A stretch of 40,223 nucleotides of DNA, from NCBI RefSeq assembly GCF_001194135.2, contig NC_069000.1, positions 35,973,659 to 36,013,881 on the forward strand, read 5' to 3'. Origin of the DNA: Octopus bimaculoides (Eukaryota). The notes beneath the pieces are model-generated. The model did no database searches. It saw only the letters and a list, made by a program, of their open reading frames with translations, and was not told where the DNA came from. The stretch's first letter is position 1. Every line of letters begins with the position of its first letter. Positions 11,148-23,612 of this stretch are shown piece by piece. A program made the translations under genes and the position numbers.

Positions 11148-11345
11148 CGTCATCATCATCATCATCATTTAATGTCTGTCTTCCATGCTGGCATGGGTTG
11201 GATGGCTCAACAGGAATTAGCAAGCTAGAGAACTGCACCAACCTCCACTGTCTGTTGTGGCATGGTTTTTACAGGGGGATGCCCTTCCCAACATCAGCCA
11301 CTTTACAGAGTGGAGTGGGTGCTTTTTGCATGATACCAGCACCAA
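11148..11345 (-). mobile_element. RTE-type 3' tail with (GAT)n end, variant C1
   Basis: (CAT)n ttaatgtctgtcttccatgctggcatgggttgga..ggatgcccttcc..ccactttacagagtg; matches the tail attached to the RTE ORF at 25398-26080. Confidence 0.75.
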
Positions 11346-11362
11346 CGAGGTCTGTTTTGGCA

Positions 11363-11770
11363 TTCTTTTACTCTTTTAATTGTTTCAGTCATTTGACTGT
11401 GGCCATGCTGGAGCACCGCCTTAAGAGGTTTTTAGTCAAAGAAATCAACCTCAAGACTTATTCTTTGTAAGCCTAGTACTTATTCTATTGGACTCTTTTT
11501 GCCGAACTGCTAAGTTACAGGAACATAAAGACACCAGTATCGGTTTTCAAGTGACGGTGGGGAGACAAACACACACACACACACACACATATATAAATAT
11601 ATACATATATATATGAGAGGCTTCTTTCAATTTCCATCTAGTAAATCCGCTCACAAGGCTTTGGTCAGCCCGAGGCTATAGTAGAAGACACTTGCTCAAG
11701 GTGCCTTGCAGTGGGACTGAACCTGAAACAATGTGGTTGGGAAGCAAGCTTCTTATCACACAACCACGTA
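11363..11770 (-). mobile_element. Family A SINE, near full length
   Basis: Reverse complement of the family A consensus, including tail, (CA)n/(TA)n, core and head. Confidence 0.85.
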
Positions 11771-11779
11771 TATCTTTTT

Positions 11780-12140
11780 ATTTTTTACTTGTTTCACTCA
11801 TTGGACTGTAACCATTCTGGGGCATCATCATGAAGGGTTTAACTGAACAAATTGACCCCGGTATTTATCTTGTTAAATCTGGCAATTGTTCTATTGGTTT
11901 CCTTTGCTGAACTGCTATGTTATGGTGATGCAAACAAACTTGTTGTTAAGAGGTGATAGGACATACACAAGCACACACATATACACACGCAAAATTGGTT
12001 TCCATACAGTTTCCATCTGCCAAATTCACTCACAAGGAATTAGCTAGCCTGGTTCTATAGTAGATGCCTGCCCAAGGTATTGCTCAATGAGACTGAAGCC
12101 AAAACCGTGTGGTTACAAAGCAAGCTTTGTAACTACATAA
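11780..12140 (-). mobile_element. Family A SINE, degenerate
   Basis: Same motif order as 11363-11770, more diverged. Confidence 0.75.
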
Positions 12141-12854
12141 CCATTAAAAAAATTTTTTTTCAAGATTATGCATTGGATAATGGAATCTTAGTTATAATAC
12201 ATTTGAAGAAAAACAAAAAAAAAATAGTTATAAATGTGCTCAATCATGATCCAACCTGGGACTAAACAATGTTTATAGTCAACAGAAGCCAGGAGTTTAG
12301 AGCTAAATGGCTTGGCACCAAACTTCTTAACTTGACTCTGTAATTGAAAAAAAATATCAATTTTCTTTTTTAATTATTTTTAATTCATTTATTTTTTCAT
12401 GTTTATGGTGGTTTTTTAGTAGAACACTTGGTTTTTCTCCTTTTTAAAATTAAATCTGACATTTCATATGTTCATACAAGCCTCCGGAATTCACAAATCA
12501 CACTTAAATACCCTCACAATAATTAATTACTTGCTATAAATAATGTTCAGGCTGGTTTCCCCTTCTCAAAAGCACTGCAAAGGGTCATGAAGGCTACCTT
12601 TCTTCCCTTGAGACAGTTAAGCTTAAATTTTGGTTTGTTTGTGTGTGTGTTTGTGAAGTGATTGTGTCAACAGAAATGGGGTCTTGTTTCTCTCCTCTTT
12701 TGCTGTGAATAGAACGTCATGAGATGGCTTTTGTCACCACACAAGTGAAATTATGGTCTTCTGATCTCAATGGCCACATACAGTTGTATACTGTCTGGTA
12801 GATTTATCAGGTCCAGGACTGATTTCATGCTTTGGTGACCCATTTGGATTAGTA

Positions 12855-13740
<886 letters not shown>

Positions 13741-13984
13741 TTTATATTGTCTTTATATTTTTATTAGCCTATGGACAAGGTAGATTAAATGAGGACCAGT
13801 TCATCATTCTTGCCTCATCCTCTGTGAGAAATCTCTCCTTTACTGTGTTGTACTTTTTCTCCTCTGGCAACATATGTTTTGGTGTTCAAAATTGGTCTGA
13901 GGCACTTTTCTACTTGTTTTGTCTCCTAGTCATTTTTTCTACCTTCTAGTTCGTGTTGTTTTTTTAGACAACAGATTTGAATAG

Positions 13985-15822
13985 AATTTCAAACCTATTC
14001 TGATGTATGAGAGGTAAGCTCATATGCTCCTGATTTGATCCTTTATCTGCTAGTGATTATTCCCCATGTATACATATTTTCAATCCAACACAAAAGTGCT
14101 TCTCCTTTCATACTGCAACTTAGTATTTTTTTTTCTGATATTTTTTACATTTTCTAAAATTGTTAATATTTTTATATGCCAGTGGCACATAAAAAGCACC
14201 CAGCACACTCTGTTAAGTGGTTGGCGTTAGGAAGGGCATCCAGCCATAGAAACCATGCCACAGCAGACAGTTAAAGTCTGGACAGCTCCCTGCTAGCCAG
14301 CTCCATCTCAAACCATCCAACCCATACCAGCATGGAAAGAGAACGCTAAATGATGACGATGATGTTTATATTTCTATATTTTGTTATTACTTTATATTTT
14401 TATTTTAATATATTTACATGTGTAGTTGTATATTTTTCATGTTTTATATACCTTTAGATCATGACAATTTATATTCACATATTCTGTATTGTATTCTCTT
14501 TTATCTGTGTCATAATATCTCTTTGGATAGAACTTCAGACCTTCTCTAATGCATGAGCGGTAAGCTCATATTCTCCCGATCTGATCCTTTGTCTGCGAGT
14601 GATCATTTGGTCATTCATACTATATAAATCTCTATCATTATTCTCCATTTATATTTTTTGTGTGATACTCATTTGCCCTTATTTTAATTTTAATCTTTAA
14701 TTCTTATTTCCATTTAAATTCTATTTTAATTAATTGCTCTATCTCATATCTTATTTCTGGTAAGGTCTTTCTTATTCTGTGTACATTTTTAAACCCATTC
14801 CTACAAATTTTCTATTATCTAATTTTCAATTTTATTTCACTGGCATATGTTTATATATTTCCCCATTATGGTCCATTGCTTTTATCCAATAGTTTTCTGT
14901 TATTCTGAAAAGTAATTAATAGCCCAATCAGCTTCAAATGTTTATTTGATGAGTTGGTTATCATGAATACGCATAAACTATTGCAGTGTTTTAAATACGT
15001 ATGTGTGTCTAATGATAGTTTATATGGAGGTCTGAGTAAAAATTTGTCAGGTCTTACCATTTCTAAAAAAAAATTTCCTTATATTTGTCACCTGAGTTTC
15101 ATTAATGTACATGTTAATTCCCCTCCACTAGTACGGAATCTACCCTTTACCTTTCTTCTTTCTATCTATCTAATTCCTCTTTCTATTATACCCTTTCCAA
15201 TTTGCTTCCACCCCTCCCTTAACTGAAGTTTTAAATGCTAAACTGACACTACATCACACATATACACACAGATGTGTATCTCTTAGCCTCAATCTCTTTT
15301 TTTCTCCCTCCCCTTCTCTCACTCTTTCCCTTTAACCTTATCCTCTCTCTTCTATTTCCTCCCAAAGCTGCTTTTTTCCTGTCCCATTTTGTAAACTTAC
15401 TTTTAATTTACTTCCTTTTTATATTTCTTTTTTGTGATACTCATTTGCCCTTATTTTAATTTTAATCTTTAATTCATATTTCCATATAAATTCTATTTTA
15501 ATTAGTTGCTCTATCTTATATCTTATTTCTGATAAGGTCTTTCTTATTCTGTGTACATTTTTATACCCATTCCAACAAATTTCCATTATCCAGTTTTCAG
15601 TTTGTATTTCATTCACCCCAATGTTTATATATTTTCCCATTATGGTCCATCGTTTTTATCCAGTAGATTCCTGTTATTCAGAAAAGTAACTAAATACCCA
15701 GTCAGCTTCAAATGTTTAATTGATGGGTTGGTAATCATGAATACCTATAAACTAGTGCAGTGTTCTAAATACATATGTGTGTCTGATGATAGTCTATATG
15801 GAGGTCTGAGTAAAAGTTTGTC
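13985..15822. repeat. Unclassified AT-rich element with two internal direct duplications
   Basis: About 80-bp repeat at 13985-14065 and 14527-14607; about 395-bp repeat at 14657-15050 and 15427-15822, roughly 85 percent identical by eye. Confidence 0.75.
14178..14364 (+). mobile_element. 5'-truncated RTE-type 3' tail (C1) with a 7-bp TSD
   Basis: taggaagggcatccagc..ccaacccataccagcatggaaag..aaatgatgacgatgatg; TTTATAT at 14171-14177 and 14365-14371. Confidence 0.85.
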
Positions 15823-15935
15823 AAATCTTTTTTGCATCAATATAATACTATTTTACTCTACTTTAGGTCTTTGAGTACTATTTTCTCCGCCTTGTTTTGC
15901 ACCTGTGTGTTCACATGTGTATGTATGTATATATA

Positions 15936-17230
15936 CAAGGGAGAGTCAAAAATTATATGCACTCTTGTTTTTCCAATGTATTTACATAAAAGCAGGAGAT
16001 AAACAAGTACGTCATTTCTCTATATAGTCTCCTTCCTTTTCGATGCACTTTGCCCGGCAGTGCACAAGCTTGCATATTCCCTCTCAGAGGAAAGTTTTCA
16101 GTTGGTTGTGCAACCATTTATGCACCGCTTCCTTCACATCTTCATCTGTAGAAAATTGACAACCTCGTAAACCACATCTGAGAGGTCCAAAGATATGATA
16201 GTCAGAAGGGGCAAGATCTAGGCTGTAGGCAGGGTGTTCCAGCACCGCAAAACCCAATTGGTTAATGATTTCAACGGTCTGGGCAGCTGTGTCTGGGCAT
16301 GCATTGTCATGCAACAACAAAACTTTCTTTGACAATAGGCTTCGGTGTTTGGTGCAAATTGTTGGCTTCAGTTTGTTGGCAAACAAAGCAGTGTATCTTG
16401 CACTGTTGATCGTACACCCCTTTTCCAGGCAGTCTTCCAGCATAGGCCCTTTTGAGTGCCAAAAAAGGGTTAGCATTACCTTTCCTGCGGAAGAGTGAGT
16501 CTTGAATTTCTTTGTCGCTGGCGAGCCAGGATGTTTCCACTATATACTCTGGCTTTTGGATTCTGCTTCATAAAGATGGACCCACGTTTCATCTCCTGTG
16601 ACTATTCTACTCAAAAATTCCTTGTTCTTGTTGTTGTAGCAATCAATGTTGGCAGACCTCAGGATGTTTGCGCTTGTGCTCTGCAGTAAGCTCTCTTAGC
16701 ACCATCTTGCACAGACTTTATGGAAGAAAAGCTCATTGTAGACAATTTGATAGGCAGAACCACGACTAGTCTGCAGAGAACGACCTACCTCATCACAGTT
16801 CACCATTACCATCTCTCAAGCTTGCTGAATCTTCTCGTCAGTGGTGGAGGTTGATGGACGTCCTGCTCCCTCTTTGTGTGTCACACTTGTCCGGTCACTT
16901 TTAAACTCCTCGATCCACTCATACACACTTCTATGCAGTAGTAAACTGTCCTCATACTGTAACTAAAAGCCTCCGATGAATTTCTGTACCTGACACATCT
17001 TCTAACCAGAGAAATTGGATCACTGATCTTTGTTCTTCTTTCTTGCACATTGCTAGTGGAGCAGCCATGCTTACACTGTAAAGCCAGAAAGAAAAATGGC
17101 GCAATCAGGCTCAAACTTCAATCACGTGACTACAATAGTAACAACTATAAGCACACATGTGCAGAAGGCAGTGTGACTATAATAAAGATACGTTATGGTG
17201 AAAGTGCAGATAATTTTTGATTTCCCCTTG
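15936..17230 (-). mobile_element. Full-length (1295 bp) mariner DNA transposon
   Basis: 27-bp TIRs at 15936-15962 and 17204-17230 (23/27 match); TA at 15934-15935 and 17231-17232; transposase pseudogene inside. Confidence 0.95.
16012..17068 (-). pseudogene. Mariner DD34D transposase pseudogene
   Basis: MAAPLAMCKKEEQRSVIQFLW..VYEWIEEFK..GRPSTS..HKVCARW..IVTGDETWVH..GKVMLTLFW..LLLHDNA..HPAYSLDLAPSDY..EGDYIEK*. There are 34 residues between the HDNA Asp and the APSD Asp. Several stops and frameshifts; ORF 16084-16476 is the largest open piece. Confidence 0.93.
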
Positions 17231-17246
17231 TATATGTATGTATAAG

Positions 17247-17279
<33 letters not shown>

Positions 17280-17299
17280 GTATATATATGTGTATGTAT

Positions 17300-17535
17300 A
17301 TGTATATATATGTGTGTATGTATGTCATTGTGCCCGTGTTTGTCCCCCACCATTGCTTGACAACCGATGTTGGTGTGTTTATGTCCCCGTAATGTAGCAG
17401 TTCAGCAAAAAGCACAGATACACTAAGTACTAGGCTTTAAAAAATAAGTACTGAGGTCAATTCATTTGACTAAAAATTCTTCAGAGTGGTTCCCCAGCAT
17501 GGTCGCAATCTAATGACTGAAACAAGTAAAAGATA
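17300..17535 (+). mobile_element. Family A SINE 3' half following (TA)n/(TATG)n
   Basis: gtgtttgtcccccaccattgcttgacaaccgatgttggtg..atgactgaaacaagtaaaaga. Confidence 0.8.
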
Positions 17536-17686
17536 TGTATGTATGTATGTATGTATGTATACATGAGCTTCCTCACCACACAACCATGAAGGAAGGTGGT
17601 TGAATGTATTTTACATCAGTTAGGTAATCCAATGCTGTAGAATTATGTTATGTACCAGCTGTCTTCTTTAATTTCTTGTTGTTCAG

Positions 17687-17737
17687 GGCCCATCCCATCC
17701 TTCATCAAACAGATCTTTGATCAAGGCCTCACACAAA
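17687..17737 (+). CDS. Candidate 51-nt phase 1-1 coding exon 3 (xPIPSFIKQIFDQGLTQ)
   Basis: Strong acceptor tcttctttaatttcttgttgttcAG (to 17686); weak donor GTATAC (17738-17743); lies in a repeat-free stretch. Confidence 0.3.
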
Positions 17738-18084
17738 GTATACAGAAACAATTTAACATAAAAACATTCTTTTAAACAGCTGCTGTCTTTAGAATTGGCT
17801 TATAACAAAGTATTTGTATTAACTATTGATCATTGGAAAAGAGAGAAATCTGGTTAAAAATTTTAAAAACGTGGAGAGAAAACATATGAATAGAGCAACT
17901 TATTACTTGAGGATAAATTCAGACTTCAAACAGTCTTTTTCTACTTCGTTTTATTAAACCATTTTGTGTTTCTCTGGAGTTGAGTATTGTTATGTAAGAG
18001 TTTGTCAGCAAACCTGCCAATGATGTATCAATCTGCCTCTGCTATTGTGTTTTAACCTTGGCAAATATTGGTTTCATATTTTGG

Positions 18085-18245
18085 CATACAATTCCAATTT
18101 AAGTTGATTACATCAGCCACAGTGCTCAACTGGTACTTATTTTATTGACCCCCAAAAGGACGAAAAGCAAAGTCGACCTTGGTGGATCCTTGGCCTTTTG
18201 CATTGTTGGTTGATGGTATTTCAGAGACAGTAGCTTAACCACCTC
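18085..18245 (-). mobile_element. Family B SINE fragment
   Basis: actggtacttattttattgacccccaaaaggacgaaaagcaaagtcgacctt. Confidence 0.7.
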
Positions 18246-18319
18246 TGCTGTGCCTGGACTGTTTCCAGAAGCAAATTCCTAGTCCCAAATATACTTACCA
18301 CCTCTCTGTTCATAGATAC

Positions 18320-18547
18320 AGTACTTACGTTTTTTTACAGTCTTGTACTTACACTATTAGTCTCTTTCAATCAATTGCTAAGTTTTAGGAACATAAACAA
18401 ACCAACACCAGTTGTCAAAAAGTGGGAAGGGAGCAAATACAGATCACACACACACACTTACATACCTACCTGCACACACACACGCATATGTAGAGAAGCG
18501 CACGCACACACATACGCATGAACACAAAGACACACACATACACATAG

Positions 18548-18590
<43 letters not shown>

Positions 18591-18780
18591 CTCTCACACA
18601 TGCACGCACACACAGTGGGCTTCCACTCAGTTTCCGTTTGTCTACTAAATCCAATCACAAGGTATTGGTTGGTCTGGGGCTATGATAGAAAACACTTGCT
18701 TAAGGTGCCTAGTAGTGGGACTGAACCTGAAGCCATATGTGGTTGCAAAGTGAGCTTCTTAATCACACAGCCACACCTGG
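18320..18780 (-). mobile_element. Family A SINE with an expanded (CA)n tract
   Basis: Part of the 3' half, about 170 bp of CA-rich microsatellite, core and head (cttaatcacacagccacacc). Confidence 0.8.
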
Positions 18781-20184
18781 GCAGACATATTAGGTAATGC
18801 AGTCCTAGAGGCATTGTCTGTGAAGAAAAAAATGATGGGATGGTCACAGCTGGAATGCATTTGATCATGAGTTTGTTAAATCATAGTTAATCTTAGGCTA
18901 AACAGCCACAATAACTGAAGCATTATGTGATTGGTGAACACTCTGTTAGCCTGCGATACAAATGCTGGGTTTTCTCACAGGTTTAACCAGGAGACACACA
19001 TATTGAATGCTATTCTCAGTAAAATGGAATAATTTTTCGCTTTTAGCTTTTTTCTTCTTTTTCATTTTTTGTGAGTTTTTTTTCCTTCTTTGTTTTATTC
19101 ATCATCATCATTTAATGTCCACTTTTCCATGCTTGCATTGGTTTGTCAGAATTTGTTGAGGCAGATTTTCTACAGCCAGATGCTCTTCCTGTCACCAACC
19201 CTCACCTGTTTCCAAGTAAGGTAATATTTTCCCCCATGATCAGACATGTTTTTCACGGAAGATTAGAAATGAAGGACACATGTTGCATGACAGCGACACT
19301 CATTTACAACTACCATGCAATGTCAAGGCAAGGAGACACACACGCACACACCTTCTCATCCTTTTGGAATCAATAAAACAGGTAGCAGTTGAGTATCACT
19401 GTTGATGTATTTGATTTTCCCCTCCTCTCAAAATTGCTGGCCCTGTGTAAAAAAAAAAACAAGACAAATATAGAAAGAATTATTATTATTGTATTTTACT
19501 TCTTAGAGTTCTTGATTTTACTTGCTCCGGTTAATTCTGTGGGAGTGGACAGCAACCTGTTGTCAAAATGTCTCACCGGGTCTCTTTCCACAAGCCTTAA
19601 CACCCAAGTACCAATCTCAGAATCCTCACTGCCCCCAATTAAATAGTTTTTTTTTTTTTGTCTTTGGTCTGTAAGTGTTATTTCCTATTAGCTTCAAAAG
19701 AAGTGACTATTATTCACTTCAAACTTTGCTTTTCTTACCTGGGCGTCAATGATTTGAAACTGACCTTTTCCCATTACATTTCAGATTCAGCACTGAGTTG
19801 CTGAAGTAGATATATCATAATAGCAAATATTCTGCTCAATACCACAAATTTGTTTTGTCAGTTACTTGACTATAACCCCTTGAGCATGTCACTTAGTGGC
19901 TGATAATATGTACATCTCTGATCATGAGCAGGAGTAGTTGGGGAGCATCATAGCCGTGTGTTGAAAGTAATTCTTTGAGGTTTGAATAAATGTAACAAAA
20001 GCAAAATTTTGAAGGAAATATTAGCCATTTTTTTTTAGTAGTTTCTAGGGGTAAGCAAATAGGAAATAAGAGTTGCTACCCAAGGACAAAAATTGTGTTA
20101 CACTGTGTAATAAAGTCTCAGTCACGTAATGGGTTTGTTGTAATCAGCTAACTCCACTACCCCTAAATTGGCTGGCTTTGTAAA

Positions 20185-20480
20185 TCATCATTTAATGTGC
20201 TCCTTTCATACTGGCATGGGTTGGATGGTTGGACAGGAGCTAACCAGGTGGGCGCCTGCACTATGCTTCTGAGAGTGTTTTGGTACGGTTTTTATGGCTG
20301 GATGCCCTTCCTAACACCAACCACTACTAACGCCAGCCCATGTAGAATGGGCTGAGTGCTTTTCACATGACACTCGCAGAGGTGAGGCCAGTTTGGCATG
20401 GTTTTTACAGTTGGTTGCCTTTCCAAATGCCAATCACTTTACAGTGTGGACTGGGTGCTTTCTCAGCGATACCTGCACCG
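20185..20480 (-). mobile_element. RTE-type 3' tail (C1) with a partial internal duplication
   Basis: catcatttaatgtgc..ggcatgggttggatgg..ggctggatgcccttcctaacaccaaccact; the tggcatggttttta..ccaatcactttacagtgtg motif occurs again downstream. Confidence 0.65.
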
Positions 20481-21334
20481 GCGGCGGTCATCAAGTGACT
20501 TTGCAAGACAAAGAGTCTTTGAGAGGGGAAGGGGCATTGGAAGAGGGGATCTTGTGTCAGATGATGAAAGGTTAGAGTGTGACAAAGAGTCAGAAATAAA
20601 TGTTTTTGCTGTAGAGGAGATCCGTGGTTACCCAGCCAGAGAAAGAGAGGGAGAGAAAAAGAATAAGAGTTAACAAGAATGAGGGAAGAAACTGTTACCT
20701 AGAGAGAGAAAGAGCAGGAGTTAATAAGAGGTGTGCTGCTGTAGAATTATTATTATTTTTTTATTTTTATTTAAAAAAAAATTTTTTTTACAAGTAGGCT
20801 TAAAGATGATCTAAGTCTACTATTTTCCCTCATACTGTAACAGATATGCACATATATACCTTCACTTGAGTAAAAACTAGTAGATGAGGAGTGAAGCCTC
20901 CCAACGGAGCATATAAAACATAATGATAGCGAATATATAACATGATGAGACAGACTGTAGAGGCTTAAAGAAATCAGCAATAAATAATTATGTAAAAGCA
21001 GGGGATTATTTAGAAGAGGATTTAACTATCAAATAATTAGACATGTTTCTAGATTAATCAGTACCTTTCTCATTCTAGCAATCTTTGCCAAATGTTTATC
21101 AGTTTTAGTTTTCTTCATGTTATTTGTATGAAACAAAATTATTTTCTGATAATTTAACTTTTTTTTTTTTCTTTTTTTTTTCTTTTAAAGCCAAGTCTTA
21201 AAAGTACTGAAACAAAATTGTATGTTTTCCAGAACAGTTTCTAAATTTTTCTTTTAAAACATAGTGGAGTTTAAAAAATTTATTTGGAATATGTGCTTCA
21301 ATGAAGGTTTTTATTTTTTAAAAATTTATTTATA

Positions 21335-21578
21335 GGCGTAGGAGTGGCTGTGTGGTAAGTAGCTTGCTTACGAACTACATGGTTCCGGGTTCATNNNNNN
21401 NNNNNNNNNNNNNNNNNNNNNNNNNNNNNNNNNNNNNNNNNNNNNNNNNNNNNNNNNNNNNNNNNNNNNNNNNNNNNNNNNNNNNNNNNNNNNNNNNNNN
21501 NNNNNNNNNNNNNNNNNNNNNNNNNNNNNNNNNNNNNNNNNNNNNNNNNNNNNNNNNNNNNNNNNNNNNNNNNNNNNN

Positions 21579-21611
<33 letters not shown>

Positions 21612-21832
21612 TTGTGTGTCTGTGTTTGTTCCCCCAACATCGCTTGACAACCGATGCTGGTGTGTTTGCGTTCCCGTTATTTAGCGGTTCAGCAAAAAGA
21701 GACTGATAGAATAAGTACTAGGCTTACAAAGAATAAGTCCTGAGGTCAATTTGCTCAACTAAAGGCGGTGCTCCAGCATGGCTGCAGTCAAATGACTGAA
21801 ACAAGTAAAAGAGTAAGAGTAAAAGAAAGAGT
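21335..21832 (+). mobile_element. Family A SINE with an N gap (21395-21578) over the core and microsatellite
   Basis: Head GGCGTAGGAGTGGCTGTGTGGTAAG before the gap and a full 3' half after it. Confidence 0.88.
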
Positions 21833-21988
21833 ATTAAAAAAAATTTTTTTAGACTGGCTAATAATGCATTTTCAGATCACTGGGTCCATAAAATTAACAC
21901 TCAGCTCTGATTTATATAACATTTAGAAGACAAGAAACAAATCTCTTTCTACTAGATGGGATGCTGGTCTTTCACAGATGACCTTTAA

Positions 21989-22213
21989 CCCTTTTGATAC
22001 CAACCTGCCAGAGACCACCCTTGATTCTATGATAGTTACTGTTTTAAAGTGATCTAAATTATAACTTTCCATCAATTAAAAAATTTTCATGGTAATTTAT
22101 GTTTCAGACACCAGCCTAATAATGACAAATTTATTTTACTAAATTCTTCATTATTTTCAGTATTAATTGAAACAAAAGCAGTGTATTTCAACAAATATAT
22201 TGCAAGAAAAGGG
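21989..22213. mobile_element. piggyBac-type MITE, 225 bp, inverted relative to 8780-9010
   Basis: TTAA at 21985-21988 and 22214-22217; termini CCCTTTTG..AAAAGGG. Confidence 0.8.
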
Positions 22214-22325
22214 TTAAAAAGCCTGTCCCATCCTTTGAACTAAAAGCCAGTGTAGGTGCCTTTTATGTGAATATTTAACCTACTAGAAATATCAGTCAAA
22301 TAATTCTTCAATAATACCTTATTGT

Positions 22326-22725
22326 GGGCGCAAGAGTGGCTGTGTGGTAAGTAGCTTGCTTACCAACCACATGGTTCAGGGTTCATTCCCACTGCATGGC
22401 ACCTTGGGCAAGTGTCTTCTACTATAGCCTCGGGCCGACCAAAGCCTTGTGAGTGGATTTGGTAGATGGAAACTGAAAGAAGCCCGTCGTATATATGTAT
22501 ATGTATGTGTGTGTGTGTCTGTGTTTGTCCCCCCAACTTCACTTGACAACCGATGCTGGTGTGTTTACGTCCCCGTAACTTAGCGGTTTGGCAAAAGAGA
22601 CCGATAGACTAAGTACTAGGCATCCAAAGAATAAGTTCTGGGGTCAATTTGCTCGACTAAAGGCGGTGCTCCAGCATGGCCACAGTCAAATGACTGAAAC
22701 AAGTAGAAGAGTAAAAGAGTAAGAG
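22326..22725 (+). mobile_element. Family A SINE, full length, young, 6-bp TSD
   Basis: Complete head, core, microsatellite and tail; TATTGT at 22320-22325 and 22726-22731. Confidence 0.92.
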
Positions 22726-23573
22726 TATTGTCTTAAAAAAAGGACTCATACATTGCATAGTTTAGTCTTAGGTAGCACTGTGTCTAAATGAAAGTTGAGG
22801 TCATCATAACTGAAACATTTTGATCATAGTTCTACTTTATTAGGCTTGACTCGGGTATAAACAACAACATTAACAACTACAACCTGTCGCCCACTTAGTT
22901 GATCAAAATTCTCAGGGTTGTCATAAATTGCTTACTGTCAAATATATGATTTCCCCATGGGAAATGAGTGGTTATTCTAATAACAATGTAATTATTCTAA
23001 AAAGTTGGTCATTATCCATTAAATATCATAGAAATAAAACAATGGTGGGAACAACATAAGGAAAATATTGCAGTTATTGAAAAGATGGACATTCTGTTGC
23101 TAAGTATCTAATCCTCCAATGCTGCCAAGTACTTGAAAACAAAGCTGACCCAACTTCACGTACTTAATTTTACTTCACAAACGCATTCAGAGTGGTATAT
23201 TTTTAGCACTTAGCTTTATCTTATTCCAGCAAGTGTAAAACATTACTATCAAAATTGGACATTAGTAGTAAATAGATCAATATTTTTCTTCCTTTTATTT
23301 ACTTTATATTTTTATCAAATATATTGATCCTTATTACCTAATTCTGTCAGTCAAAAGTTCTCTTTAACTGTTTGTTCTACTTTCAAAAACACTGCTTCAA
23401 CGCAACAACATAGCAACATTCAATCTATTCCTTGGTGATTTATTTACTGTGAACAGCAAAATAGAACTGTCATTATAGAATTCAATAGAAGGAAGGCTGT
23501 ATTGGAAAATGGCTTAAACATCTTCAATGTTTTATTTTGTTTTTCTCTCCTTTTATATTCTGTGTGGATACAG

Positions 23574-23612
23574 ATGCTACATTCCAAGTGAAAGTCATTG
23601 GTGGTTTCCTGA
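23574..23612 (+). CDS. Candidate 39-nt symmetric coding exon 4 (xATFQVKVIGGFL)
   Basis: Long pyrimidine tract ttttctctccttttatattc..tacAG (to 23573); donor GTACGT (23613-23618); 3n length; inside a repeat-free island of about 1 kb. Confidence 0.45.

Noticed and set aside
12713-12798. Strong-looking acceptor at 12712 with open frames NVMRWLLSPH or RHEMAFVTTQVKLWSSDLNGHIQLYTV
   Set aside because: Only weak donors (GTGAAA, GTAGAT), and no phase fits the preferred exon chain; worth rechecking with RNA-seq.
15427-15822. Weak Penelope RT-like words (DLTNFY, HNGKIYK) on the minus strand of the duplicated segment
   Set aside because: Several intervening stop codons are shared by both copies, so that frame was probably not coding in the ancestor.
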